A stretch of 64,000 bases of DNA, taken from the NCBI GenBank assembly GCA_010909165.1, contig MU008214.1, forward strand, positions 124,001 to 188,000, given 5' to 3'. The stretch comes from Anthoceros angustus (lineage: Eukaryota; Plantae; Anthocerotophyta). This document shows, piece after piece, positions 1 to 12,549 of the stretch (its first letter is position 1; every line of letters begins with the position of its first letter). Below the pieces are notes generated by a model. That model was not told the DNA's origin, made no database searches, and saw nothing but the letters and a program-made list of their open reading frames with translations. Both the position numbers and the translations under genes were made by a program.

Positions 1-190
1 CCATGTTCCTAGACCTTTTATGGTTCGTTAACAAAACGATCTCCAACTTTGACAATACATTTTGCATTCCTGATCTTCAACTTTAACAACAAATTGTGTT
101 TTCATGGTCACTGGACACATGCTTAGCTTGCATGGTAAGCTACCCTTACCAAAACATGTATCTTCAAAACACCAAAAAGAGCTACCTTGT

Positions 191-388
191 CAAAACATGA
201 AAAACCCTCCCCAAAACACTAAAAACCTTGGCCAAAATACCAAAAACCCTGGCCAAAACAGCAAAAACCCTGGCCAAAACACCAAAAACCCTGGCCAAAA
301 CACCAAAAACCCTGGCCAAAACACCAAAAACCTTGGCCAGCCAAAACACCAAAAACTACAGCAAAAACCCTCGCCAAAACACCAAAAA
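191..388. repeat. 21-bp tandem minisatellite (AAAAACCCTGGCCAAAACACC), about 9 degenerate copies
   Basis: Periodic unit directly visible; it produces the KNPGQNT / KTLAKTP low-complexity ORFs. Confidence 0.9.
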
Positions 389-689
389 GTATGGTATAAT
401 ACTTGAAAATGTAGCCACTCGGGCCCGAACAGACATTGTAGAAGCACCCGCGGCAGACGGGTGCTTCATAGAAGAAATGTCTCTTCATAGGAGAATGTCT
501 CTTCTCATATCACCTGTTCAAATCGAGGCTGTGAAGTCAAGTTGAGCGGAGCTAATGGACACAGCTTACAGCTTATCTGCCATCCTATGGGATGCCTCTA
601 TCCCATAGCTCATGGCCTAGCTCCTACCAATGACGGTCACTTGGATCTGGTTTCTACCAAATCAGGTCATTCCTCATTCAGTCTAATTA

Positions 690-1580
690 CAGACAACAAG
701 CTAAGTCATCAGACTACATTGTGGCATTTGAGGCTGTCTCATCTTCACATTCAGGGCTTACATAGAATGCAGAAGCAACATATGGTTGTCGGCTTATCCC
801 CACTGTCTGACTTGCCTTTGTGCCCCGGTTGCCTTATTGGAAAACAACATAGCCAACCCTATCCAAGGTCCGCTTCTCACACCTCTCATTTACTTGAGGT
901 TGTTCATGTTGACTTATGTGGCCCCATGCAGACACCTTCTCTTGGAGGTAGACTGTACATGTTTGTCATACTAGATGACTTCAGCCACTTTACTACCCTC
1001 TACTCTCTCACTCATAAGTTAGAGGCGTTTCCTAGCTTTAAAACATTTCAAGCTCTAGCTGAAAATCACACTGGTTACAAGATTAAGATTTTCCGACAAT
1101 GCTAAGGAACTCAATTCCCTCGCCTTTGAAGCCCACTTGCTTGCTAGTGGCATCCAACATCAAAAGATAGTGTCTTATGCACATCAACAACTGGGCAAGG
1201 CAGAGCACCGCAATAGGTCGCTCCTTGATGCTGTCCGGAGCTCTTTGGCTACATCCCATCTTCCGAATTATTTATGGGCTGATGCTGCCGCTACAATTTG
1301 TTATGTGCAAAACCGCTGCAGCACCTCCACTGTTCCTGCCAAGACTCCTTATGAAATATGGACAGGACGCAAGCCGAATATTTGTCATCTTCGAGTTTTT
1401 GGTTGGGATGCTTATGCCCATGTTCCACCAAAATTACGAAAGAAATTGGATCCACGATCAACCAAACTGACCTTCATTGCCTATGGTGAATCGGATGGAG
1501 TAAAAGGCTATCCCCTGCTGGATAGATGTACTCGCCAGATCTCTCTTGCTCGGAGTGTTATATTTGATGAGATGCCCCTT
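690..1580 (+). mobile_element. Ty1/Copia pol fragment: GAG-pre-integrase, integrase core and SH3-like domain; frameshift near 1100, truncated before RT
   Basis: LWHLRLSHL, CPGCLIGKQ, LEVVHVDLCGPM, SDNAKE (in the shifted frame), QQLGKAEHRNRSL, PYEIWTGRKP, LRVFGWDAYAHVP...KLDPRS, ARSVIFDE. Confidence 0.92.
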
Positions 1581-2399
1581 TTGTCTAAATTTCCAGCTCC
1601 GACTCTGCCATATGGTCTGGGCAGTGACCACCGTGAATCTACAACTGTGACAGACTTTGATGATGGTGCTGCCTATGCTCTACCGATAACCCCGCAGCTG
1701 AATTCGCCATCTCCTCAGCCTGGTGTTGTCATTGCGCCTGCTACTCCAGCCCGCTTCATCCAGTCTACAGCTGAGGATGATTTTGGCCTCAACCCCGGGC
1801 CTTCCAGCTCGGACTTGCCATCTCCTCACGGCCTGGTTGAGGCAGCCGTTGACATTGGCGCCTCATCATCCAAATTGCTTCTTTGCAGTGGGGCTTGAGT
1901 GCTGGTTTGTATCTCGGACACTTACTCCTACTGACTTCTCCTCACATGGCTCGACGTCCCATCCACAGCGGACTGTCTATTTGGGGAGAAGGTAACACCT
2001 ATGATGCTAAGGAGGTTAATATACACTATGGGGGTTTTGTGTCTTTTATACAACTAAGGGGGTTTCCAATGGGTCTTGAATGAGGTTTCGGCACTTGGTT
2101 GAAAGGCCTTAGAAAAGGGTGGACACTGCGAATATAACATTCATGTCCATATCATGCCGGCAAAGGGTATGGACCATAGACTGTCCTTCAGTTTAGGCCC
2201 AGTTAACGCCCATGTATGAGGACCATTAGTGCCGGTAAAGTTGTAAAACTATGAGCATTCTACGGCAAATCTATGGCTAAGAATGGTAAGAATAGCCTCC
2301 ACCTTCGGGTTTCACACAAGACTTTGAGAACAATCATGACCATTGGATTTTGAGGGTCCTCAACTCCTGAGGAGACCCTCATTCTTGACAATTTGAGTC

Positions 2400-2645
2400 A
2401 CAAGACGTCAGCTGACCGACGTCTTGGGACCTGACTTGTAGATCGGCCGGCCGGTGCCCTTCCCACGCACGCCCTGCCCATGGGTGCCGGCCGACCGGCG
2501 CCCTTCCCCAACACGTCATGCCCATGGCCAGCCGGGCCTCCATGCACCTCCCATACCGCCGACGCCTCCCAAGGGCACCTCACAGCCATTACAAATAAAA
2601 TATATAAGTAACACTTCAAAATTATGATTGCTTGGCATAGTTGTT
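2400..2645. repeat. GC-rich GCCGGCC/GCCCATG terminal module, copy 1 (continues at about 25094 after the LINE insertion)
   Basis: Same motifs and following AT-rich stretch as at 55740-55960 and 57580-57895. Confidence 0.65.
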
Positions 2646-3039
2646 TAGCGGAGCGGAGCGGAGCGGTGCGGAGCGGTGCGGAGTGGTGAGGCGGAGCGGC
2701 GGAGGGTGGCGGAGGCGGAGGCGGTGCGGAGGGGTGAGCGGAGGCGGAGGCAGTGCGGAGGGTGGCGGAGGCGGGATGTGCATGAAGCGCAGTGTAAGTG
2801 CGGAGGCGGAGGCGGAGGCAGTGCGGAGGCGGTGCGGAGCGGTGCGGAGGCGGTGCGGAGCGGTGCGGAGGAGATCGGGGCCTTACAGTTTTCAGCGGCG
2901 CCTGCGGCCTGAAGGATTCGGCGTAAGTGCGGTGGTGTGGCGGGGCTTCTTTTAGCTCCTACGTGTGGGGTTTTTCGGCCTTAGGGGCCCCGCCCCAGTC
3001 GTCTGTGGACCCTGCCCACCCAAGTGCAGTAATTGGGCA

Positions 3040-4060
3040 ACCCGCTTAGCGCTAATCTCTCTTTCGGTGTTCTACTACTTTATTTGGCAGCGGTAATGGC
3101 TCAGTGGATGGCCAAAGCCCCTCTCTTGAATCTAAGGTGCAATATGACATGGCGGATCCTGCTTTCCCGGTTCATAGTCTTGAGGTGTGACTCTCGCTTT
3201 TGGAGGACAAATACTTTCTTTCATGGAGTCACATTATCTTGGAGGCTAGACTCAAGATTTCTCCGCAAGCACTCGGATCTATCTCGATAGGTTTGAGGCC
3301 CTCCGATGCTACCAATGATTCCCTCCTCAATGAACGGCAAACTACGTATGTTTTGAGCCTTGAATGGGAACACCTTATTGCGACTTCTCTAGACACTTTC
3401 CGCATGGATATGAGCCCAGCATCGATCTCGACATCTCTTAAGGAGCTCAGGAAGATTTAAAGGCTAATATGATCTCTAAGCACGTTGAGTCGACCACAAT
3501 TCCACACTCTACTCCGGCTACCACGTTTGACCTACCCGGCCTTTTGGAGAAGGTTGAAATTATTGTTGAAGACAAATTAACTTCTATCCGTCTTGGCATG
3601 TCCAAGAATGATGAGGTTATTCAAGAATTGCGTGATAGGCCCCTTGCCCCGACCGATCACCACACACCGCGAAACTCGCATCACATCGCTACTATTTCAG
3701 AGTCCGCGATCGCGATAAGCGATCTCGAAACCTCCGACATGGATATCGGGAACTACTCCGTAAAGTGTAAGGGGTTTTGGTGATGTTATCAAGGTCGATG
3801 TTCGGTTCCAACACGCTGGAGAGTGGACCATTCTCGATCCCCACTTATATTGTGCGTTTTTACTCTTGAGGACTGTGTTATGTGTTACGTGCACGCACAA
3901 ACTTGAAAGGCCAAGATATATTTGTCAACCCCGACCTTACTCCTCTCAATGGGAACGCAAGAAGCAGTTGCTTGATTGTAAAGAAGGCAAAATCGGAGGG
4001 TATGGCTTATTTCATTGATGACGACCTAGTTATACGGGAACCCAAGGCGCGCATGTCCGT
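3040..4060 (+). pseudogene. LINE ORF1 remnant (frameshifted)
   Basis: Coiled-coil-like segments, then LRARTNLKGQDIFVNPDLTP...KKAKSEGMAYFIDDDLVI, typical of the C-terminus of CR1/L2/RTE-X ORF1. Confidence 0.6.
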
Positions 4061-4079
4061 AGGGATGCGGGCCCGTGAT

Positions 4080-5520
4080 GGCATCCTGGCTTTGAATTGC
4101 AACGGATCTATCAATCTACACCGCTGGAATGCTTGATCTCCTCACCGCCGGATTACGGATATTGTGTTTCTATCGAGACTCATGAGCATCATACCCGCCC
4201 CTTAGGCCGTTCTCCGGATATTCATGTTTTCTACCTTTAGACACCATGTCTCCAAAGAACTCTCCCAAGGCTTTGCATTGCTATTTTGAGTCCTTGACTC
4301 CTTTTATCTCCCTTATTCGTCATGACGAGCTTAGCTCATCCTCCGGGTTCAATTGTCACGCTTTTCTCTTCTCACCGTGACTTATAGGCTGCCTCACATT
4401 TCCTCCAAGGTCCTCCAAATATGCTCGGGCGGTAATCCATATGCGGATCTCCCGAGTCCATCTCCCGAGTTTTCCCCTATTGCCGATATTCTTCTCTAGA
4501 CTTCAACGCTTGACCTACACAACAAGTCGCTATCTATGATTCCTTGGATTTCGACAAAATTTCTCACCGATCCTCACGACTTTGCCCGTCTCTGATACCC
4601 ATCCACTAAATTCCTATGGTGTTGCCCTTTACGCCTATCAATCCCACAACATGGTCATTTTCAACGGACTCCCGTTGGTGACAACAGTAATTCTTTCTTC
4701 AGCCGATGGTTCCTCTTCTAGCGGTTGGATTATGTTATTGGTGACGTCGGCCTTCTCGTATTTCTAGGCTCTGGACTCTGGACTCCACATGTTTGGAGTC
4801 CCCACCATGCCGATTGTTTTGATCTTTGTTCCTCCGCCTCGTGATCCCCGCCTCCACCTGCCTCCACCGATTCACCTTTCCACAAGACCTTGTACCCCAA
4901 TTTTCCAGCTTGCTCCGCCTCCTCCCTTGCTTCCATTCCCCCACCTCCCTTTTCTGCTGCCACTTCCACCTCATTGTTCTAACCTCCTCGCCCACTTTTC
5001 CTTTCAAATTTTGCCATCCTCCTGCAAACCAACCCCGCCATCCCTAGTTTGATGCGGATTAGCGCATGCTCTCAATTGCATCTCACTTTGCGCCAACTTA
5101 ATCTCCTCCGATCCCATCATTCCGCCTTACAAAGCCACCGCTAAGCCTTACAAAGCCTTCATCTCCATGAAGAAGTCCCAATTCATCCAAGTGAACACAC
5201 CCCTCTCCGCTCTCGAACGCCCCGGCCTGGAAGGAATTCCACACCCGCTCACCCATTCTTCTCAAAGCCACTCGAACTCCTCTCCTATGTTCATAGTCTT
5301 TACCACATCCCTCGCCCCGCCTCGATTCCTCCGATCCCCGGTCTCGTTTTCACCTAATCTGTCCCGTGCTATCCGGAAGGGTATGTACCATCGACCCTAA
5401 TGGTATCCCTGGGGATTTATTCCGGTTTGCTAACTCTACCTCCTTCTCCTCGCATCTTGCCTCTCTGTTTAATGATGCTTTGTCTTTCGGTTTCCCTGAT
5501 CCTTGGTGTGAGAATGATAT
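4080..5520 (+). pseudogene. LINE ORF2 5' part: APE endonuclease and start of RT
   Basis: LNCNG, DIVFL.ETH, DFNA, NSYG, IFNG.P motifs; ends DPNGIPGDLFR...LASLFNDAL...FPDPWCENDI at the Gypsy insertion. Confidence 0.8.
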
Positions 5521-8500
5521 TGTGGAACGCAAAAGTTTGGGCAACCAGCCCAAAAGAGCCCGAAGACAAGCAAGTTTGATTTTTTTTGGCTAAGAACGAT
5601 TGAAGAGGAGCATGAAATTTTCGAGAATCTTGAAGCTGAGTTAAGGGACATTGTTAGAAAGGCGAAGAGGATATCCGAGGAAAAGAAACGGGTCCGAATG
5701 ACCCTTGAGCGAGATAAGAAGGCGCCCGGTGGGGAAGTGTAGGTCGGACTACCGTAGGGCCGCCACACTACGCCTGTGAGGCCGGAAGAAGGCGACTACC
5801 GTAGGTCAAGGCCCCTAAACGGGGAATCTAGAATAGAGGGGGAGGATATCCACTATATATGCTCATCGATAGGGAATAAATATATTAAATGATTAGCAAG
5901 CGATTAATTAGGAATAGCAGGCATAATAGGAAAATAGGTAGAATTAGGATTTTGGAATGATGAATCCAATCTAGGGTTGTCAGCCGCCAGTGTGACATCC
6001 AAAGGGCAAAGTGCGCTGACCGCGCTTCCTCCACTTCGCAAGAGCTAGACGAGAGTCGGAGTTGGAGCGTAAGAGCGCAGAAGGAAGGAAGGCTACCATC
6101 GCCATCGCCATCGCCAGAGCAAGCAAGGAAGAAGGCGGAGCGCGGCGCCCATCGAGAGAAGGACCACGGAGAGAAGGAGGAGACCGTGAAGGGCGAGTAC
6201 CGCAAGGAAGGAGCTCACCACGCCCAACCAGGAAGAGGAAGTGTGAAGGAGAGCCAAGAAGGCGGAGCACTTGAGAGTGCGGAAATTGAAGGAAAAGAGC
6301 GCAGAATGGTGGCGACCGCCTCGGAGAAGGACCACGGAGAGGTTGGCAGCTGAAAATTCAAGCCGGGGCTAACGTGTGCAGGAGGGGTGTTACCCAACAA
6401 GGAAGAGGTTTGGAGTGAAATTTTGAAGCTCTCAAATTGGAGTAATTTCCTTCAAAGCTTGAAGGGAACGCCACCATGCCTCGAGCTGGAAAGGCAAGGA
6501 AGGAGCCACCGCAAGGGCTCTCCTCGCGAGGAGGAAAGGAAAAGAAGGTGGAGCTCGCACTGGAGGGGGAGGTCGAATGCCTCAATTCACTTGCTTTGGG
6601 GCAGCTCAACCCCAGATTTGGTTGATTTCGGCGAGGAGGAGAACATCCAATGGGTGTATGGCCGCCAATGGGCCTACACCAATTTGGAATTGATTGAGGA
6701 GTGTTACATCAACCTCCATCAATCGGAAGCGCGAGTACCGCAAGCAAGGAAGGAATGCTGATCCGCTGTCGGACCGGTATTCGACTATGGAAGACCGGAG
6801 GAGGAGAGCTCGAATTGCTCTCTCGAAAGGTCGAATGGAGGAAGAGGACATCCGACATCCCGCAGAGTTCCTTGACATGATGGATGGAGGTGAAGCCCAC
6901 GCCAAGAATGGTGGAAGACCGAGAGCATCAAGGAGTCAAGTGGAGGCTCTTCAAAGATTGTGCTGGGGTTGGTAAATTACCAACGCACTTCTTATTTCAA
7001 AGACCAACTTCCTCCAATTTTGTGGAAGATTTCCATGGGAGCCAAGCCGATTGGGGACTATCATGTATGAGGCCTACATCCACCATCGAGAGAAGCTCCT
7101 CAAGCCAAATTCGTGGATGAGGAAGGCCAAGGCCTGCTACCTTAGCACCTATTTGGTGCATTTATGGGAAACCGAGGGACTCCTCACAAGCAAGGAGCTT
7201 GAAGATGCATGGCATCCCTTTGAGGTCATCCATCTCCAGAGGTTGGAAAGGCCTTTGCCTTTGCATTGGAAGACGGTGGGAGGTCGACCTCCACAAGCAT
7301 GCTAGAAGCAAGAGGAGAAGGTTCGAGGCAACAAAGTTGCCGAGTGGGAATCCTTTCCCCACATGTGAGCAAGCAAGGAAGAAGAGGAGGAAGAAGGCCG
7401 AATGGTGGTCTATGAGAGAAGGACCATGTGGGGTGAAGAGTGGGGAGTCCCCACCATCTCCTTTGTGCCTACGAGAGGCACCCCACGACTACTCCCTAGG
7501 GAGGCGCCACCCAAGGGGTGGGCAGACCGTGGTAGGCACCCCACCATGGTAGGCATCACCAGGGGAGCAGCCCACCACGTAGGCAGCACCCCACGCCAGA
7601 AAACAGCCCACGGTGGAAGGGAAGGAGAAGAGAAGCCGGGGCGGCGAGGCCACCATCTCCTACTGGGTGGGAGAGCGGATGGAGCGAAGGGGGACTCCCC
7701 GATGGCCGGGGTGAGGTCGAGATGCCTCAATTCACTTGCTTTACTCAACCCCATTTAGTGGATTTCGGCGGTGGAAGGGAAGGAGAACATCCTAGGTGGG
7801 TGTATGGCCGCCAATGGGCCTACACCAATTTGGAATTGATTGAGGAGTGTTACATCAACCTCCATCAATCGGAAGCGCGAGTACCGCAAGCAAGGAAGGA
7901 ATGCTCGACGGATCCGCGGGCGTCAAGTATTCGACAGTGTATGGAAGACCGGAGGAGAGAGCTCGAATTGCTCTCCTCGAAAGGTCGAATGGAGGAAGAG
8001 GACAGCCCTCCCGACATCCCGCAGAGTTCCTTGACATGATGGATGGAGGTGAAGCCCACGCCAAGAATGGTGGAAGACCGAGAGCATCAAGGAGTCAAGT
8101 GGAGGCTCTTCGCAAAGATTGTGCTGGGGTTGGTAAATTACCAACGCACTTCTTATTTCAAAAGACCAACTTCCTCCAATTTTGTGGAAGATTTCCATGG
8201 GAGCCAAGCCGATTGGGGACTATCATGTATGAGGCCTACATCCACCATCGAGAGAAGCTCCTCAAGCCAAATTCGTGGATGAGGAAGGCCAAGGCCCTGC
8301 TACCTTAGCACCTATTTGGTGCATTTATGGGAAACCGAGGGACTCCTCACAAGCAAGGAGCTTGAAGATGCATGGCATCCCTTTGAGGTCATCCATCTCC
8401 AGAGGTTGGAAAGGCCTTTGCCTTTGCATTGGAAGACGGTGGGAGGTCGACCTCCACAAGCATGCTAGAAGCAAGAGGAGAAGATCGAGGCAACAAAGTT

Positions 8501-11500
8501 GCCGAGTGGGAATCCTTTCCCCACATGTGAGCAAGCAAGGGAAGAAGAGCAGCGCAAGAAGGCCGAATGGTGGTCTATGAGAGAAGGACCATGTGGGGTG
8601 AAGAGTGGGGAGTCCCCACCATCTCCTTTGTGCCTACGAGAGGCACCCCACGACTACTCCCTAGGGAGGCGCCACCCAAGGGGTGGGCAGACCGTGGTAG
8701 GCACCCCACCATGGTAGGCATCACCAGGGGAGCAGCCACCACGTAGGCAGCACCCCACGCCAGAAAACAGCCCACGGTGGAAGGGAAGGAGAAGAGAAGC
8801 CGGGGCGGCGAGGCCACCATCTCCTACTGGGTGGGAGGCGGATGGAGCGAAGGGGGACTCCCCGATGGCCGGGGTGAGGTGAGAGCTGGAAATTTCCAAG
8901 AAGAAGAAGGAGGGGAATTAGGACCCCTAGGAGAATTGGAGCTTGTGAAGCACTCACCGTGGATTTGAAGGGGCTAGGGACCTAGCAGCCTCCTTGTGGG
9001 CATGCCAAGAGGAAGTGAAATCTCAAGACATGGCCGGAGGAAGGTGGACCAAATGGCAATTGGAGGCCATGGAGTCCGATGAAAAGGCAGCCAATTGGAA
9101 AAGGTGGAGAAGCTCCAGCGACCTCATGGAGACAGAAGAAGCCTGAGGGAAGGTTGTCAAGTCAAGAAGAGCCATTCGAGCAACAACCCAAAAGGATTCA
9201 TGGAGGCAAGAGCATTTTGCCCAATTAGAGCAAGAGGAGGAGAGCTTGCCAAGAGGAGAAGGTAGCGGTCCAAAGAATGGCCAAGAAAAGTGATGGCTAC
9301 TCAAGCCATCAAAATCCGGACATGGAAGGAAGACCCGACAATTGGAAGAGAAGCGAGCTGGAGAAGCTCCTCAAGCCAAATTCGTGGATGAGGAAGGAGA
9401 AGGAGTTGGCAAGCGGAGAAGGAGAGCTTGCCAAGAGGACTGGAACAAAGGAGGTCCAGAGGAGGAGCCACAAGAAGGTGGTGCATGCCGTAGTGAGGAA
9501 GGATTTTGGACTTATGCCCTTCGTGCAAAATTGGCCACCAAAGGAAGGAGGAGGAGAATGTAACCCTCCATGTCAAGGTGGGGAATTGACCACCAAGAGA
9601 TGCCTACAAGGTAGGTGTGAAGATGGAGAGTGGCCCACGAGATTGATGATCTCCAAATGCATCACAACTTGGGGCTCACCTCCACAACAGATCTTGAAGG
9701 CCAACAACGAGTCTTACGGTTGGCCAAGGAGGACATTGGGTCCTCATGATGATGAAGGAGCGCAAGTGCAGCCTGAGGCCTCCGATTTTGATGAGGCCAT
9801 CGAAATGGACTCGAGGAACTGAGGAGTCGAGGTGAAGGAGCCACCGCGACAGGATGGGAGACGGGCGGAGAGCAAGGAGGGGAAAGCCCCCTCGGGGTCA
9901 CCTACCACGGTGGGGTGGTAGTCCGCCAGACCACCGCGGGGGGACGCCACACGGTAGTCCGCGACTACCGGGTAGGGCAGCCGCGCACAGCTGCTGGGAG
10001 TTGGGGAGGCGGATGGGCGGGGTGCGGTGGTACCCCTAAGGAGCTGGGGTGGTGGGAGAGACAACCCCACCGGAGAAACTAAGGACGGGTCCGACCCGTC
10101 GGAGGAGGAGGGTGAGGAATCCCCACGAGTAAGGGAGGAGACCCGAGGAGGCCGGGGCCCGAGAGATTAGGCATCCGCATGGTGGGCGAGATGGGGATGA
10201 AGGGTGCTCTATGATAGGTATGGACAAATCAAACAAGGCAAGAGCAATGAAGATCTCACCCAAGAAACCCTCACCGAGCGAGGAAGGAGGAAGAAGGAAG
10301 TAAGGAGATACTACCACGATGGTAGTCACCTACCCGTAGTCCGGACTACCGCGGTGCGAATGGGCGCGAGGCGGCGGAGAAGGGGCGCCTAGGTGCGCGG
10401 GAAGCGATTGCCGGACGAGGAATCCAGGACGCCGCCGCGGAGATGGAGGAAGGGCAAGATTGTACTTGCACATTAGGAAGCGGATCCGGGGAAGGGCAAG
10501 AGCAAAGGAGGGCGAGGGAGCCAATCCACAGGACACGTCCCACCCCAAAGAGGTGAAGACTAGATATGGTCAAGGGCCATAAATGCTAGGTAGAAGAATA
10601 GGAAGGACGGTGATGTAATCGACATCCTTCAAGGATAGACTTAGGTGAAGTTAGAATAGAATTTACCAAGAAATGCATAATAGATTAGGTGCCGACATTA
10701 AATGTCATGTAGGAAATAATAGAATTGGAAAAGGTGACTGCAGAGGGTCACCCAAGGGAGGTTGTATGTGGAAGGCCTCCTATAAGAGGAGGAGGATTTC
10801 ACAAAGTAAAGTATCATGTCTTGCCCACGCCATCGAGTCCTTTGCCATTACAGAGGAATTTCTCCCGTGGAGCCAACATGTCTGGTAGAGAGGAAGTCGC
10901 GGTGGTCTGAGTGTTGGTGGAGGACTTGCTCACGCAAGTGCCTAAACGAGTTGCTCCCTTGTGAATGGTTGTGAAATTGCTTTGCTTTGGGTGTGTGGCA
11001 AATGCCTGAGAACTCGGCTTGAGGGTAGACTACAGGAAAGACTCGGAGGTTCTCGCCGTCGTGTCAAACTCATAGCAACCGCCCAAGGAAGAACTTGCTG
11101 GTGGAGGCGGACCTGTGCGCCAGCCGTAAGGCAGTCGAAACCAAGAAGCCCGAATCGAGGTTAGACTAGGAGGAAGAGGATGAGGAGATGAGAAGATGAG
11201 TAGAGGATTAGAGGTGTAGGTGTTAGTGGAAGGCCACTGTGCAGCCTAAGGGACGAATCCCAACTGCAAGTAAAGAGCGCCCCGAGTGGAGAAGTGGTCT
11301 TAGAAGTAGGGACGAAATCGCGGTGTGAACCGGGGTCCCGGCGCCGTGGTAGGCTCTTGTCCGAGGCAGACTGCAATTGTGTTGCTGTAGGTCAAGTTTG
11401 GTCTTAGAAGTAGGGACGAAATCGCGGTGTGAACCGGGGTCCCGGCGCCGTGGTAGGCTCCTTGCCGAGGTGACCCGCAATTGTTTTGTGTCGCCAGGGT

Positions 11501-11714
11501 CGAGGGATTCGATTCAAGCAAAGGCAAGTGGTGCACTGTGAGAGGGAGAGTAGGGCGCCTTGCTTGTTGAGAAGGTCGAGAGTGTGTAGCGATTGCGACC
11601 ACAAGGCCTCGAACTTTCACACAAGTCTCATGGGACGAAACCCAACGAGCGACAAAGGATAAGTGTGGCCGCTATAGTGGGAGGACCGGGAGTGCCCTGA
11701 TTCTCCCTACCACA
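5521..11714 (+). repeat. 5' LTR (about 6.2 kb, includes a 1.15 kb internal tandem duplication)
   Basis: Starts TGTGGAACGCAAAAGTTTGGGCAACC, ends CCCTACCACA; collinear with 18218-23223. Confidence 0.9.
6569..8880 (+). repeat. Tandem duplication of about 1.15 kb inside the 5' LTR (units about 6569-7711 and 7712-8880)
   Basis: The peptides VYGRQWAYTNLELIEECY and WEPSRLGTIMYEAY each occur twice here but only once in the 3' LTR. Confidence 0.88.
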
Positions 11715-11717
11715 TTT

Positions 11718-11734
11718 TGGCGCCGCTGTCGGGA
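11718..11734 (+). promoter_or_regulatory. Primer-binding site TGGCGCCGCTGTCGGGA
   Basis: Immediately 3' of the 5' LTR; resembles the TGGCGCCGTTGCCGGG PBS of Athila/Tat-type elements. Confidence 0.8.
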
Positions 11735-12549
11735 CTTGTTGAAAGGTTGAAGTTTTGTGGTTTCCATCGCTAGGTCGTAGTTTGCTTGAGAAGGGACCGA
11801 GTCGACCATAGGGGTGAGAAGGAATTTCACGCACCAAGTTGTCATAGGGGTGAATGGTTGAGACACTAGAGGGGTGTGATTTGCTTCCTCTTAACTGGGT
11901 TGGAGGACATGAGGATGGTTGCGTATGTCGTAGGGGGTCGATCTCGGGAGATACACGCGGAAGGTCACCACCACCGCAAGAGAGATTTAGCCTTACGAAG
12001 AAATCGCTAAGGGAAGAGACACGCCGCCACCGTGAGGGGAGGAAGTAGAGACACGAGCGACGGAGGAAGTCGCCGACGAAGGCACGAGGTGGAACGGCTG
12101 CAGGGAGAAGGAGGAAGAAGAGGCGAGATCACCGGCCGAGAGGAAGGAGGTCGTGAAGAGAAGGGTGTCCATGATTTAGGAAGGGTCGCGCCCTCCGAGC
12201 ACGAGTTGCTCACAACCACGCGCGAACGCCCGCGACGCTTTTCTCAAAGCGGTGGCACCACCTCATCTTCCAAATCCGAGCGACGACGAGGTCAGCGGGA
12301 ATTTCGTGCTTGGTCGGAGGATTTGGAACGACTCGATCGAATCGCGATCGATTGATCTTTGGGACGACTAGAGGGAGGTCGCTACTCCGGTAGAAGATCC
12401 TCAAGGATCCCGATTTGTTTCGTTACCCCGGCGAGAGGAGTGTTGGTCCGCGGACACTCCGAACGAGCAACATGAGTGGAGTTGGTGGAGGAGGAGGACC
12501 GCCTAACTTCATAGTCGCCAATACGCCAAATTCGAGAAGAAGAAGGGAG

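Noticed and set aside
104-545. Repetitive protein-coding ORFs
   Set aside because: They are by-products of a 21-bp minisatellite that is open in several frames.
2641-2955. Gly/Arg-rich protein
   Set aside because: It is the translation of the (GCGGAG)n LINE 5' UTR.
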